64,000 nucleotides of DNA from assembly GCA_937952415.1 (NCBI GenBank), contig CALFYT010000069.1, positions 439-64,438 of the forward strand. Direction: 5' to 3'. Position numbers and translations under genes: made by a program. Source of the stretch: an uncultured Planctomycetaceae bacterium. GTDB taxonomy: Bacteria > Planctomycetota > Planctomycetia > Pirellulales > PALSA-1355. A model generated the notes under the pieces. The model made no database searches. It worked only from the letters and a program-made list of their open reading frames with translations, and was not told where the DNA came from. The first letter of the stretch is position 1. Each line of letters begins with the position of its first letter. Positions 35,494-45,120 of the stretch are shown here, in pieces.

Positions 35494-35800
35494 CCGCCAC
35501 CGGCGTCCGCTGCTATTGCCGCGCCGCGCGTGACACGTGTGCCCGGCGCCGTCCCGTACGGCGACGTGGCCAGATCGCTACGAGTGTGCGATGCGTGCGA
35601 CGTGGTGAGCCGAGCGGCGCGCCACGCTTGCCAAAGTGCAGGTCCCGGCGGACAATGTTTCTCAGCACACGGGCCTTAGTCCATCGAACACGAAGGACGT
35701 TCGGCACGTCGGTTACGATCGTGGTTCGGTGATTCCGGACGCGCAGCCGTTCGGTTCGAGGACCTTCGCTGGGAACAGATTCGCACGACAGGCCTTTCTC

Positions 35801-36676
35801 GTGTACGTCGAAACGCACTCGCTCACGAAGCGCTACGGGCACTTTACAGCGCTTGGAGATTTCACGTTCGGTGTCGATCAAGGCGAGGTTGTCGGTCTGC
35901 TGGGTCCGAATGGAGCCGGCAAGACGACCCTCTTGCGGATGCTGATGGGATACTTGCGGCCGACCAGCGGCTCGGCCACGATCGACGGCCTGGACGTTTA
36001 CCGCCAGTCGACCGAAGTGCACAAGCGGGTTTCGTATTTGCCGGGCGAGGCGCGTCTGTTTCGCACGATGCGCGGCCGCGAGATCGTTGACTTCTTCACG
36101 TCGGTTCGCGGCGATGGCAGCCGGAAGCTGGCCGTGGAGTTGGCCTCGGAACGATTCGGACTCGATCTTGCCCGACCGGTCGCAGCCATGTCGACCGGCA
36201 TGCGGCAGAAGTTGGCACTGGCCGTTACGCTGGCCGTTGATACGCCGTTGGTCATTCTCGACGAGCCGACTTCAAACCTGGATCCCACGGTCCGTGCCGA
36301 CGTTGGCGCGCTGGTGGCCGAACAGCGGCAACAGGGACGCACCATCATCTTCTCGTCGCATGTTATTTCCGAAGTCGAACAGGTTTGCGATCGGGTGCTA
36401 ATTCTTCGCTCCGGTTCGTTGGTCCACACGCAGACCATCGGGGAACTGCGCCGTCGGCATCACATTCGGGCCCAGTTGACCGGTCCGCTGCCGCCGCTGC
36501 CCGAATCGTTCAACGGGCAGGTCGCGGTCTCGCGTGGCGAGGCGGGAGACCTGTTGATCGAAACGCCCGGCGAGCTATCGGGCCTGCTGGGTTGGCTGGC
36601 GACGCTTCCGCTGGCGGAAGTGCAAATCGAGCCGGTCGGACTCCAAGCCCTGTACGACCAGTATCACGCAACCTGA
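35801..36676 (+). CDS. ABC transporter ATP-binding protein
   Basis: ORF 35636..36676. No internal ATG precedes the Walker A motif. An in-frame GTG at 35801 gives MYVETHSLTKRYG. Walker A GPNGAGKTT, signature MSTGMRQKL, Walker B LVILDEPTSNLD, H-loop SSHV. Confidence 0.88.
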   Translation: MYVETHSLTKRYGHFTALGDFTFGVDQGEVVGLLGPNGAGKTTLLRMLMGYLRPTSGSATIDGLDVYRQSTEVHKRVSYLPGEARLFRTMRGREIVDFFTSVRGDGSRKLAVELASERFGLDLARPVAAMSTGMRQKLALAVTLAVDTPLVILDEPTSNLDPTVRADVGALVAEQRQQGRTIIFSSHVISEVEQVCDRVLILRSGSLVHTQTIGELRRRHHIRAQLTGPLPPLPESFNGQVAVSRGEAGDLLIETPGELSGLLGWLATLPLAEVQIEPVGLQALYDQYHAT

Positions 36677-36701
36677 CTCCGCACGTTGTTGCAGGCCTCC
36701 G

Positions 36702-37565
36702 ATGACCAATCGTGCTCTCTGGAAAAAGACATTGATCGACTGCCGCTGGCTGCTGGTCGGGGGCATCGTCTTTATGTTCGGTGTGCATTGGCTGCGGGTA
36801 TGGATCAGCAGCTTTTTCTCGACGCGCGACCTGGAATACATGCTCAGCCTGCTGCCGGCCCCGATCGAGCAACTGCTGCCCGTCTCGTACAAGCAAATGG
36901 CCAGCGGCGCCGGGCAAATTGCGGCCGAGTACGACGATCCGGTCGTGTTGTTGCTGATGACCGTCTGGGCCATCTCACGCGGTTCGGATGCTGTCAGCGG
37001 TGAACTGAATCGCGGTACCATGGAAATGGTCTTGGCGCAGCCTGTCACCAGGACCAGCGTGCTGACGATCCAAGGCATCGTTGCCGTGATCGGCGCGGCG
37101 TTGCTGGCTTGCGCCGCCTGGTGCGGCACGTGGACCGGACTCAACACCGTGACGCTTGAAGCGCCGATCGAAGCCCGCGTGTTCGTTCCGCCGGCGCTGA
37201 ACCTGTTCGCGCTGGGTGCCTTCCTGGCCGGCCTGACGACCATGGTTTCGGCCGGTACGAACTACCGGGCGCGCACGATCGGCATCGTCGGCGGCTTCTA
37301 TGCCGTGTCGATGGTTCTGAAGATCGTCGGTCGCGCCGCGCCCGGCTGGGAGTGGCTCGGCTACACATCGTTCTTCACGCCGTTCGAACCGCAGCGGCTG
37401 GTGGGCGACGCGTCGCGCGCGTGGAGCGTGTGGTTCGAGACCGCACCGGGATCCTACGAGTTGGGGGGGATTGGTTATGACAGCGTGTTGATCGGCCTGG
37501 GGTTGGCTGCGTATGTGGTCGCCGCCGTGGTCTTCGCCCGTCGCGATTTGCCAGCGCCGCTCTAG
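36702..37565 (+). CDS. ABC-2-type transporter permease
   Basis: 287-aa polytopic membrane ORF, 25 nt after the ATPase gene. GELNRGTMEMVLAQPVTR is typical of ABC-2 (YhaP/NatB-like) permeases. Confidence 0.8.
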   Translation: MTNRALWKKTLIDCRWLLVGGIVFMFGVHWLRVWISSFFSTRDLEYMLSLLPAPIEQLLPVSYKQMASGAGQIAAEYDDPVVLLLMTVWAISRGSDAVSGELNRGTMEMVLAQPVTRTSVLTIQGIVAVIGAALLACAAWCGTWTGLNTVTLEAPIEARVFVPPALNLFALGAFLAGLTTMVSAGTNYRARTIGIVGGFYAVSMVLKIVGRAAPGWEWLGYTSFFTPFEPQRLVGDASRAWSVWFETAPGSYELGGIGYDSVLIGLGLAAYVVAAVVFARRDLPAPL

Positions 37566-37714
37566 CCGGGACCGACCTCATGACCGCCGTAAAACGCTGC
37601 GCCCAGCCGTCCCGATGCGGAATTCGCATGGCGTCGGGTGTCGCTTGCCGTCATAATGCGGCGCCCCAGGGAAGGGTCGCGTTGGGCACATTGCGTCTTT
37701 TCAAGGAGCCAGTC

Positions 37715-39283
37715 ATGGTTCGCCGCAACTGCTTGCATTGGTTGATGGGCATCGTGGCGATGCTCGCCTGCGCGACGGCTCGCGCGGACGATAGTCCCGG
37801 GCAAGAGATGCTCGACAAGGCGATGGAGACCAAGCTCACCGCCGAAACGGCCGGCGATCTGAACGACGTGATCACGTTCTGTCGCGACGCTCTCGAAGCC
37901 GGGTTGAATGAACCGAACACGCAGTTTGCCAACGAGCTGTTAGCCAGCACGCTCACGCAGCGGGCCGACCTGATCTGCACGGAACTGTTTGAGCGCCCGG
38001 TCCGCCCGGCACGCGGACGCCGGCTGCTGCAGATGGCCGTGACCGATTTGCAGGAAACGCTGCGCATCAACTCCGAACAGCCGCTGGCGCAGCATTTGAT
38101 TGGGCGAATCTACGCCCACTTGGGACAAAAGAAGCAGGCCTTAGAGGCGTTGAACACAGCCATACGGTTGGCCGGCGAAGACCGCCACATCCAAGCGCGG
38201 TCGCTGATCGTGCGAGCCAATCTTCGCGAAGAACCGGCCGAGCAATTGGCCGACTTCGATGAGGCCGTGGAACTGACGCCGGGCGACCCGGACGTGTTTC
38301 GCTATCGTGGCATGTACCACCTGAGCGAAAACCGTGTCGACAATGCCCTGGCCGACTTTCACGCGGCGCTCGAGATCGAGCCTGACGACACCGACACGCT
38401 CGAGGCGGCCGGATTGGCGCAATCGGTCCTGGAGAAGTACGACGAAGCGATGGAGAGCTTCAACAAGGTGATCGAGCTCGAGCCGAAGAGCCCTTCGGCC
38501 TACACGCATCGTGCCCGAGTCCGCGCGATCCAAGGCGACATGGACGCGGCACTGGCCGACGTGGAAGAAGCCCTGAAGATGCAACCTGGTTCCGTGCAAG
38601 CGCTGCGGCTGCACGCGTCGCTGTTGGGCGGTAACGGCGAATTCGAGAAGGCGCTGCGCGACTTGAACATGCTGCGGACCGCAATGCCCGACGATCCGGA
38701 ATTGCTCCTGCAAATCGGCGCGATGTACCAGGCGTCGAAACAGCCTGACGAAGCCATCCGCACGTACGGCACGTTGCTCGACGCCGATGCCAAGAACGTG
38801 GCGGCGTACCGCGGCCGGGCCGATTCGTACCTGAGCCTGGGAAAGCAAGCCGAGGCAATCGCCGACTACGAAAAGGCCATCGAGAACGAACCCAACGACA
38901 GCGGCTCGCTGAACAATCTCGCCTGGGTGCTGGCCACTTCACCCGACGACGAGCTGCGCGATGGAAAGCGCGCGATCGAACTTGCCAAGCAAGCCTGTGA
39001 AGTCACCGAGTATAAAGAAGCGCACATCATCAGCACGTTGGCGGCCAGCTACGCTGAGGTCGGCGATTTCGAGTCGGCCATCGACTGGTCGAAAAAGGCC
39101 GTGGAACTTGGCCCCGACGCGCTCAAGGGTCAGTTGCAGAAGGAACTGGATAGCTACAAAGAGCACAAGCCCTGGCGCGAAGCGATCCCGCCGGATCTGG
39201 CGGCCGCTCCTCAAGATCGCGTTTCGGCGAACGAACCGTCTCCTCCAACCGACGAGACCGCGCGGACCAAGGCCAGGAGGTAG
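37715..39283 (+). CDS. Secreted tetratricopeptide-repeat (TPR) protein
   Basis: Within ORF 37580..39283. The ATG at 37715 is preceded by AAGGAG (37703-37708). Signal peptide MVRRNCLHWLMGIVAMLACATARA. Many TPR units (e.g. AIADYEKAIENEPNDSGSLNNLAWVLATS). Confidence 0.88.
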   Translation: MVRRNCLHWLMGIVAMLACATARADDSPGQEMLDKAMETKLTAETAGDLNDVITFCRDALEAGLNEPNTQFANELLASTLTQRADLICTELFERPVRPARGRRLLQMAVTDLQETLRINSEQPLAQHLIGRIYAHLGQKKQALEALNTAIRLAGEDRHIQARSLIVRANLREEPAEQLADFDEAVELTPGDPDVFRYRGMYHLSENRVDNALADFHAALEIEPDDTDTLEAAGLAQSVLEKYDEAMESFNKVIELEPKSPSAYTHRARVRAIQGDMDAALADVEEALKMQPGSVQALRLHASLLGGNGEFEKALRDLNMLRTAMPDDPELLLQIGAMYQASKQPDEAIRTYGTLLDADAKNVAAYRGRADSYLSLGKQAEAIADYEKAIENEPNDSGSLNNLAWVLATSPDDELRDGKRAIELAKQACEVTEYKEAHIISTLAASYAEVGDFESAIDWSKKAVELGPDALKGQLQKELDSYKEHKPWREAIPPDLAAAPQDRVSANEPSPPTDETARTKARR

Positions 39284-39287
39284 CGCC

Positions 39288-39857
39288 TTGGATCGGCAAG
39301 CCGCGTGGGAGCTCGTCTGCCAGTACACGGCCAGCGATAGCCTGCGCAAGCACATGCTCGCTGTCGAAGCGGCCATGCGGGCCTATGCTCGGCAAACAGG
39401 GGCCGACGAAGACGAATGGGGCATCGTCGGACTGCTGCACGATTTCGACTACGAGCGGTGGCCGGATCCGCCCAATCACCCGCTGAAGGGTGCGGAGATC
39501 TTGGCTGAACAGGGTTACCCGCAGCACGTGATCTACGCGATCAAGTCGCACGCCGACTATCTGCCCGACTGCCCGCGTATCTCCGAGTTGGACAAGACGC
39601 TTTACGCCTGCGACGAATTGGCAGGCTTCATCACGGCGGTTGCCAAGGTGCGGCCCGAGGGAATCCGTGGGCTTAAGGCTTCGAGCGTGAAGAAGAAGCT
39701 CAAGCAGAAGGCGTTTGCCGCGGCGGTTAACCGCGACGACATCTCGCGCGGGGCCGCCGATTTGGGCGTCGACCTGACCGAACACATCCAGTTCGTCATC
39801 GATGCGATGGAAGCCTCGGCCGCCGAGCTCGGTCTGGAAGGCGGCGCCTCAAACTAA
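39288..39857 (+). CDS. HD-domain metal-dependent phosphohydrolase
   Basis: In frame within ORF 38961..39857, whose upstream part overlaps the TPR gene. A TTG at 39288 lies 7 nt after AGGAGG (39275-39280) and gives MDRQAAWELV... H..HD motif: LRKHMLAVEAAMR..GLLHDFDYERW; IKSHADY. Confidence 0.8.
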   Translation: MDRQAAWELVCQYTASDSLRKHMLAVEAAMRAYARQTGADEDEWGIVGLLHDFDYERWPDPPNHPLKGAEILAEQGYPQHVIYAIKSHADYLPDCPRISELDKTLYACDELAGFITAVAKVRPEGIRGLKASSVKKKLKQKAFAAAVNRDDISRGAADLGVDLTEHIQFVIDAMEASAAELGLEGGASN

Positions 39858-40005
39858 ACCGCGCATTGCCTCGCAGGCCGGTTCAGGCCGTGGTGAGGGC
39901 CCGTCCCGCGTATCCGTTTGGCGCGGTACGCGCCTCGCGATAGTTTGATTTGCCCGCGCGGCTGCGGTATGTTGCGGCCAGTTCAACTCCACGACAGCGT
40001 GCAAC

Positions 40006-40023
40006 GCAACGGCCGGCCGTTGC
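40006..40023. other. Perfect 18-bp palindrome between the HD-domain gene and the P450 gene
   Basis: GCAACGGCCGGCCGTTGC at 40006-40023, preceded by a GCAAC direct repeat. No T-tract follows, so whether it is a terminator or an operator is undetermined. Confidence 0.3.
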
Positions 40024-40181
40024 GCGGATCGACGACCCGGGCGAGGACTCTTATTGATAGCTAGCCGAATAATGGGCTGGTCGTGTTGAACAAGATTGCC
40101 GCAGTCGCCGGGGCTGCCGCTGGTCGCCCCTGGCCCGTTGGCTGCCTAGTACTCAATAGGACCCAAACTGGGACAAGCACC

Positions 40182-41420
40182 GTGAAGACTGATTTGAAGT
40201 TGGACATTTGGAGCTCGGAGTTTAAGGCGGATCCATTTCCGTTCTATGCCCACCTTCGCGCCAATTCGCCGGTTCATCCGATCACGCTGCCCGACAAGCA
40301 GACCGCGTGGCTTGTCACGCGATACGACGACGTGGCGATGGTGCTCAAGGACGAGCGGTTTGCGAAAGACCGGATGCGCGTCTATTCGAGCGAGCAACTG
40401 GCCAAACAGCCGTGGATGCCGGCCATGTTCAAGCCGCTGTCGCGCAACATGTTGGACGTGGATCCGCCCGACCACACTCGGCTTCGCGCACTCGTGCAAC
40501 AGGCGTTCTCTCCGCGGACGGTCGACCAAATGCGGCCCCGCATCGAATCCTTGGCCCACGAACTGATTGATCGGTTTGGCCGGCGAAAGCGGGTCGACCT
40601 AATGCACGACTACGCGCTGCCGATTCCGACGACGATCATTGCCGAGATGTTGGGCGTGGACGCGCGCGATCGGCACAAGTTTCACCGTTGGTCCAGCGGC
40701 ATCCTCGCCTCGACGTCCTCCTCGCGCGGAACGTTTTGGGCATTGCCCAACGTGTTCCTTTTCCTGCGGTACTTGCGACGGTTGATTCACGACCGGCGCG
40801 CGGAACCGCGAGACGATTTGGTTACGGCCCTGGTACAGGCCCACGAAGCAGGCGACCGGCTCAGTGACGACGAACTGATCTCGATGATCTTTCTGCTCAT
40901 CATCGCCGGGCATGAGACGACCGTAAATCTGATCGCCAGCGGGCTGTTGGCCCTGATGGAACACCCCGATCAGATGCGTCGATTGCGAGACGATCCGTCG
41001 CTTGGCAGGACGGCCGTCGAGGAGTTGCTGCGGTTTACCGCGCCGGTCGAAACGGCGACGGAGCGCATCGCCCGCGAGGACGTCGACGTCGGCGGCACGA
41101 CGATTCCCAAACACGGCTCGGTGCTGGCCGTAATCGCTTCGGCGAATCGCGACGAAGCGCACTTTGACAATCCCGACACGCTCGATATCGGGCGCGATCC
41201 GAACAAACACCTGGCGTTCGGCCTGGGAATCCACTTCTGCTTGGGCGCGTCGCTGGCCCGCATGGAAGGCCAGATCGCGATCGGAACGCTGCTGGAGCGA
41301 ATTGACGAGCTGGAGCTAGCCGTGTCTGCCGGGCAGCTGCGTTGGCGGCCCGGGCTGGTGCTGCGCGGGCTAAAGGCCTTGCCGGTGAACGTTGCGCGCA
41401 GCGCGGCGGTCGTTGCCTAG
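40182..41420 (+). CDS. Cytochrome P450
   Basis: ORF 40083..41420. The start is GTG 40083 or, more likely, GTG 40182 (MKTDLKLDIWSSEFKADPFPFYAHLR). I-helix AGHETT, ExxR (VEELLR), heme-thiolate loop FGLGIHFCLGASLAR. Confidence 0.9.
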   Translation: MKTDLKLDIWSSEFKADPFPFYAHLRANSPVHPITLPDKQTAWLVTRYDDVAMVLKDERFAKDRMRVYSSEQLAKQPWMPAMFKPLSRNMLDVDPPDHTRLRALVQQAFSPRTVDQMRPRIESLAHELIDRFGRRKRVDLMHDYALPIPTTIIAEMLGVDARDRHKFHRWSSGILASTSSSRGTFWALPNVFLFLRYLRRLIHDRRAEPRDDLVTALVQAHEAGDRLSDDELISMIFLLIIAGHETTVNLIASGLLALMEHPDQMRRLRDDPSLGRTAVEELLRFTAPVETATERIAREDVDVGGTTIPKHGSVLAVIASANRDEAHFDNPDTLDIGRDPNKHLAFGLGIHFCLGASLARMEGQIAIGTLLERIDELELAVSAGQLRWRPGLVLRGLKALPVNVARSAAVVA

Positions 41421-41499
41421 GGCGGGCCGATTGCGTCGCGAGTTTCTGACGCAGTGCGCAACGAGCCGGTGGCGCAACGGCGCAGTCAGGCGAATGCCA

Positions 41500-41970
41500 C
41501 TAAGCGGCCGGCAGTTTCGTCATCGGTGTTGTTGCATCGCAGGGGCGATGTGACATGGCCGAGTCTTTTTGAGCGTCACTCCGGGCAATCGCGTACAGCC
41601 GCCTCATGATGATCCAAAATGGTGGCAGGTACATGATGTCGGCGAAGAACAGGATGAGCAGAAACATCGGCGGGAGCTTGCCGAGCACGACGTAGCCCAC
41701 GCCCAATGCCGACCCTAGCGCCTTGCTCAAGAACCCCAGCGTCAGCAAGTTTCGGTTTTCGACGGGATTGCTGGCCACCAGCAGGTAGCCGACGCCGAAC
41801 AGCCCCACAAGAATTCCCACCAGTTGCACTGGCAGCATCAACTGCGGCTTTGCAACGCCGAGAAACTTAAAACTCTCGTGGTAGAACACGAGCATCGTCA
41901 GGGCGGCCAGCAAGTTGTAGACGCCAACGAAGCGCAACAAATAGCGCATCCAGGGCTTAAGAGGTTCCAT
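41500..41970 (-). CDS. Hypothetical integral membrane protein (4 TM helices)
   Basis: ORF 41500..41991, with start ATG 41991 or 41970. Hydrophobic helices (YLLRFVGVYNLLAALTMLVFY, LPVQLVGILVGLFGVGYLLVA, LGSALGVGYVVLG, MFLLILFFADIMYLPPFWII). No family recognised. Confidence 0.6.
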   Translation of the reverse strand: MEPLKPWMRYLLRFVGVYNLLAALTMLVFYHESFKFLGVAKPQLMLPVQLVGILVGLFGVGYLLVASNPVENRNLLTLGFLSKALGSALGVGYVVLGKLPPMFLLILFFADIMYLPPFWIIMRRLYAIARSDAQKDSAMSHRPCDATTPMTKLPAA

Positions 41971-42139
41971 GATGTGGACTTCCTTTTCCACGAGTTGCGA
42001 GGTGGGCCCCCAGCGAGCCAGGAACCGACGCGGTTCTTGAGTGCGTCGTCACAAATCCAGCCGGGTTCCGCGACAACAGGCGGTAATCGACTTCAAAACG
42101 CCAATTGCTCACACGGTCGGGCGGATTTGTTCGGTTGTA

Positions 42140-43912
42140 CTAAATCACAAAGCCGACTGATTTGGGCGGCGAGTCTTCGGCCGCTCCCGCATGTTTCTCG
42201 GTCCAGGCCAGCAGATCGTCGCGGCCTTTGCGGTAGCAGAAGTCGCCGAGGGTCTCTCCGTCGTTGCGCGCCTCCTTGAAATACGCGAACACAGGAACCA
42301 ACGACGAAACGATCTCGGATCCGGGAACCATGTCCTTGTAGTTGAAGTTCAAGCGATCGCCCAGCAGCCGGCCACCCAGAAAAATGGTGTACTTGTCCTT
42401 GGCCTTGCCGACCAGTCCGATGTCGCAGTTGTAGGGCCGTGCACAGGCATTCGGACAGCCGGTCATGCGAAGCGTGAACGTCTCGTTCGATAGGTCGAGC
42501 TTCGCCAGTTCCACCTCTAGTTGGTCGACCAGCCCAGGCAAAGCGCGCTCGCTTTCGGTGATGGCCAGCCCGCACGTTGGCCACGCGACACACGCCATCG
42601 ACCAGCGCCGCAGCGTCGTAATCTCGTCGTGCAGCTTGACGCCGTGGTCGCGGAGCATGCTTTCTAGCTTCGGACGGTCGTCGGGCGCAAGGTCGGTGAA
42701 CAGGATGCTTTGGTGCGCCGTCAGTCGGATGCCCGGCTTGAGCGTTGAGCAGATCGCGCGCAAGGCACTCTTGAGGCGAAACGCACCCTCGTCCTTAATG
42801 CGGCCGTTTTCCACATTCAGTCCGTAAAACAACCGGCCGTCACCCTGCTCGTGCCAGCCAATGTGATCGTCGAAGCCGTGCACGTCGTCCGGATGCGGAT
42901 CGGGGAGTGGCTTTCCGTAGTACTCCTCGACCTTGGCCTTGAACGCCGGCAGTCCCCAATTGTGGATCAGGTACTTAAGCCGCGCAACCTTGCGGTCCGC
43001 GCGGTTGCCGAAATCGCGCTGCACTTTGATGATCGCGGTGGCGACGTCGACGACCTCTTCCGGTTTGACGGACGCCATCCGATGGGCCACGGCCGGAAAC
43101 GTTTTCGCGGCACTCGGCGTCACACCCATCCCGCCGCCCACGAGCACGTTGTAGCCGACGATCCGCTGTTGCTCGACGATCGCCAACAGTCCCAGATCAT
43201 TGGTGTACAGATCCACGCAATTGTCGTCCGGCAGGCCGATCGCCGTCTTGAACTTGCGCGGCAAGTACGTCGGTCCGTAGATCGGTTCCTCGACCGCCTG
43301 ACCGTTGGAGCCGCCGGCCACGAGCGTTTTCTCCTGCGTGTCAGGATCGGTCAGCCAGATCTCGTGATACGCAGGTGTGCGCGGGGCAAGATGCACGGCC
43401 AGCTCGTCGGCCAGTGCTTGCATTTGGCCGCGCACGTTGTCGTGCAGCGGTGCCGGGCAGCACATGATGTTGCGCTCGACGTCGCCGCAGGCGGCCAGGG
43501 TCGAGAGTTGGATTTCATTGATCCGATGGATCGTCTTCCACAGATCCTTCTTGACCACTCCGTGCAGTTGCAGCCCTTGCCGGCTTGTGATCCGGAGCGT
43601 CGTGTTACCGACTTCTTCGCACAGGTCGATCTCGGCCAGGAGCTGTTCACTGGTCAGCTTGCCGCCGGGGATCTTGGTCCGCACCATGAAGGAAAAGACC
43701 TTGGGCGACTTGCCCGTCTGGCCGTCCTGGCGTCCGCCTGCCCGGGCATCGCGATCGTCTTGCTGATAAGTTCCGTGATGCTTCAGCAACTGCACGCTGC
43801 CTTTGCCGAAGAAGTCATTGCCGTCGCGCAGTTCGTCGGCAATCTCTCCGCGCAGACCTTGGCTCTGCTCCTTGAACACTTCGACCGGGCTTGGTTTCTG
43901 CGGGTCAGCCAT
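42140..43912 (-). CDS. Assimilatory sulfite reductase hemoprotein (siroheme/[4Fe-4S], CysI/Sir family)
   Basis: ORF 42140..43996. The ATG at 43912 gives MADPQKPSPVEVFKE... LLKHHGTYQQDDRD, TLRITSRQGLQLHGV, and cluster Cys motifs ACVAWPTCGLA and MTGCPNACARP. Confidence 0.9.
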   Translation of the reverse strand: MADPQKPSPVEVFKEQSQGLRGEIADELRDGNDFFGKGSVQLLKHHGTYQQDDRDARAGGRQDGQTGKSPKVFSFMVRTKIPGGKLTSEQLLAEIDLCEEVGNTTLRITSRQGLQLHGVVKKDLWKTIHRINEIQLSTLAACGDVERNIMCCPAPLHDNVRGQMQALADELAVHLAPRTPAYHEIWLTDPDTQEKTLVAGGSNGQAVEEPIYGPTYLPRKFKTAIGLPDDNCVDLYTNDLGLLAIVEQQRIVGYNVLVGGGMGVTPSAAKTFPAVAHRMASVKPEEVVDVATAIIKVQRDFGNRADRKVARLKYLIHNWGLPAFKAKVEEYYGKPLPDPHPDDVHGFDDHIGWHEQGDGRLFYGLNVENGRIKDEGAFRLKSALRAICSTLKPGIRLTAHQSILFTDLAPDDRPKLESMLRDHGVKLHDEITTLRRWSMACVAWPTCGLAITESERALPGLVDQLEVELAKLDLSNETFTLRMTGCPNACARPYNCDIGLVGKAKDKYTIFLGGRLLGDRLNFNYKDMVPGSEIVSSLVPVFAYFKEARNDGETLGDFCYRKGRDDLLAWTEKHAGAAEDSPPKSVGFVI

Positions 43913-43976
43913 GATGCTCGTTCGCTTGCTGAACTGGGGAATGGGGGCAGATATTGCGGGCTGCGAGCGAATAAAG

Positions 43977-44002
43977 TTTACAATGGTAAGTACCATTATA
44001 AT
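43977..44002. promoter_or_regulatory. AT-rich palindrome and promoter-like hexamers in the divergent region between the sulfite reductase gene and folD
   Basis: TTTACAATGGTAAGTACCATTATAAT. Inverted repeat AATGGTA-AG-TACCATT (43982-43997). TTTACA (43977-43982) and TATAAT (43997-44002) are only 14 nt apart, which is suboptimal spacing. This is the only AT-rich patch in the 300-bp intergenic region. Confidence 0.3.
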
Positions 44003-44219
44003 CTTTCGCCGGCGGGCAGTCCATCGGCCCTCCAGACTATAGCTGGATTGCGCGGGGGCTTCTACGTCGATTTACGCGCTCGTGAGCCCCCTGGCTCGGC
44101 GGGATCTTGGTCCACTGGCCGCGCCGGTCGGGCAATAGGCGACACCGCAACGTTGTTTTAGAATGCCACGTCTCGACAGTTCGTCCGCGACATTTCCCAA
44201 TGACGCTGAAAGGTTCCAG

Positions 44220-45086
44220 GTGACGGCAGAGATTCTTGACGGCAAGAAGCTGGCAAGTCAGATCCGCGACGAGCTGCACGAACAGGTGGCGGATTTCATC
44301 GAGAACAACGCGATCGTCCCGACCCTGGCCGCCGTGCTGGTTGGCGACGATCCGGCCAGCGAAGTCTACGTGCGGAATAAAGTGACCGGTTGCGAACAGG
44401 TTGGAATTCGTAGCCAGTTACACCGGCTGCCGGCGACGACGACCACCGACGAGTTGCTGGCCCTGGTCGGCAGGCTCAACCGCGATCGGGACGAGGCCGT
44501 ACACGGCATTCTTGTGCAGCTCCCGCTGCCGGCACAAATCGATGCCAAGCGAATCTTGCATGCCGTTTACCCGCTGAAGGACGTGGACGGATTTCATCCG
44601 GAGAACGTGGGCCGATTGGTTCAAGGGCAGCCCCGGTTTCTGCCCTGCACGCCGTACGGCATTCAGCAGCTTTTGTTGCGCAACGGGATCGAGATTGCCG
44701 GCCGCAGCGCGGTCGTCGTGGGACGCAGCGAAACAGTGGGCAAGCCGATGGCGCTGATGCTGATGCAGCGCGGCACGGGCGGCGATGCCACCGTCACGGT
44801 ATGTCACAGCAAGACGCCGGATCTGGCCGATGTGACGCGCCGCGCCGACATCCTGATCGTGGCAGCCGGTCAGCCGCAGTTCATCACGTCCGAGATGGTC
44901 AAGCCCGGCGCGGTCGTCGTCGACGTCGGAATCCATCGCGTCGGGAAGCGGCTTGTGGGCGACGTAGACTTTGAGGGCGTCAGCCAGGTGGCGAGCCGGA
45001 TCACGCCTGTGCCCGGCGGCGTCGGTCCGCTGACCGTGACGATGCTGCTGGTCAATACGCTGGCCGCTGCGGGCCTCCAGCGGTAG
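44220..45086 (+). CDS. folD: Bifunctional methylenetetrahydrofolate dehydrogenase / methenyl-THF cyclohydrolase
   Basis: ORF 44163..45086. An in-frame GTG at 44220 gives MTAEILDGKKLASQIRDEL, the canonical FolD N-terminus. VLVGDDPASEVYVRNK, ILVQLPLP, VVGRSETVGKPMALML, PVPGGVGPLTVTML. Confidence 0.92.
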   Translation: MTAEILDGKKLASQIRDELHEQVADFIENNAIVPTLAAVLVGDDPASEVYVRNKVTGCEQVGIRSQLHRLPATTTTDELLALVGRLNRDRDEAVHGILVQLPLPAQIDAKRILHAVYPLKDVDGFHPENVGRLVQGQPRFLPCTPYGIQQLLLRNGIEIAGRSAVVVGRSETVGKPMALMLMQRGTGGDATVTVCHSKTPDLADVTRRADILIVAAGQPQFITSEMVKPGAVVVDVGIHRVGKRLVGDVDFEGVSQVASRITPVPGGVGPLTVTMLLVNTLAAAGLQR

Positions 45087-45120
45087 GGGCCGTTAGGCGC
45101 ACCTTCGGTGCAGACACGCG

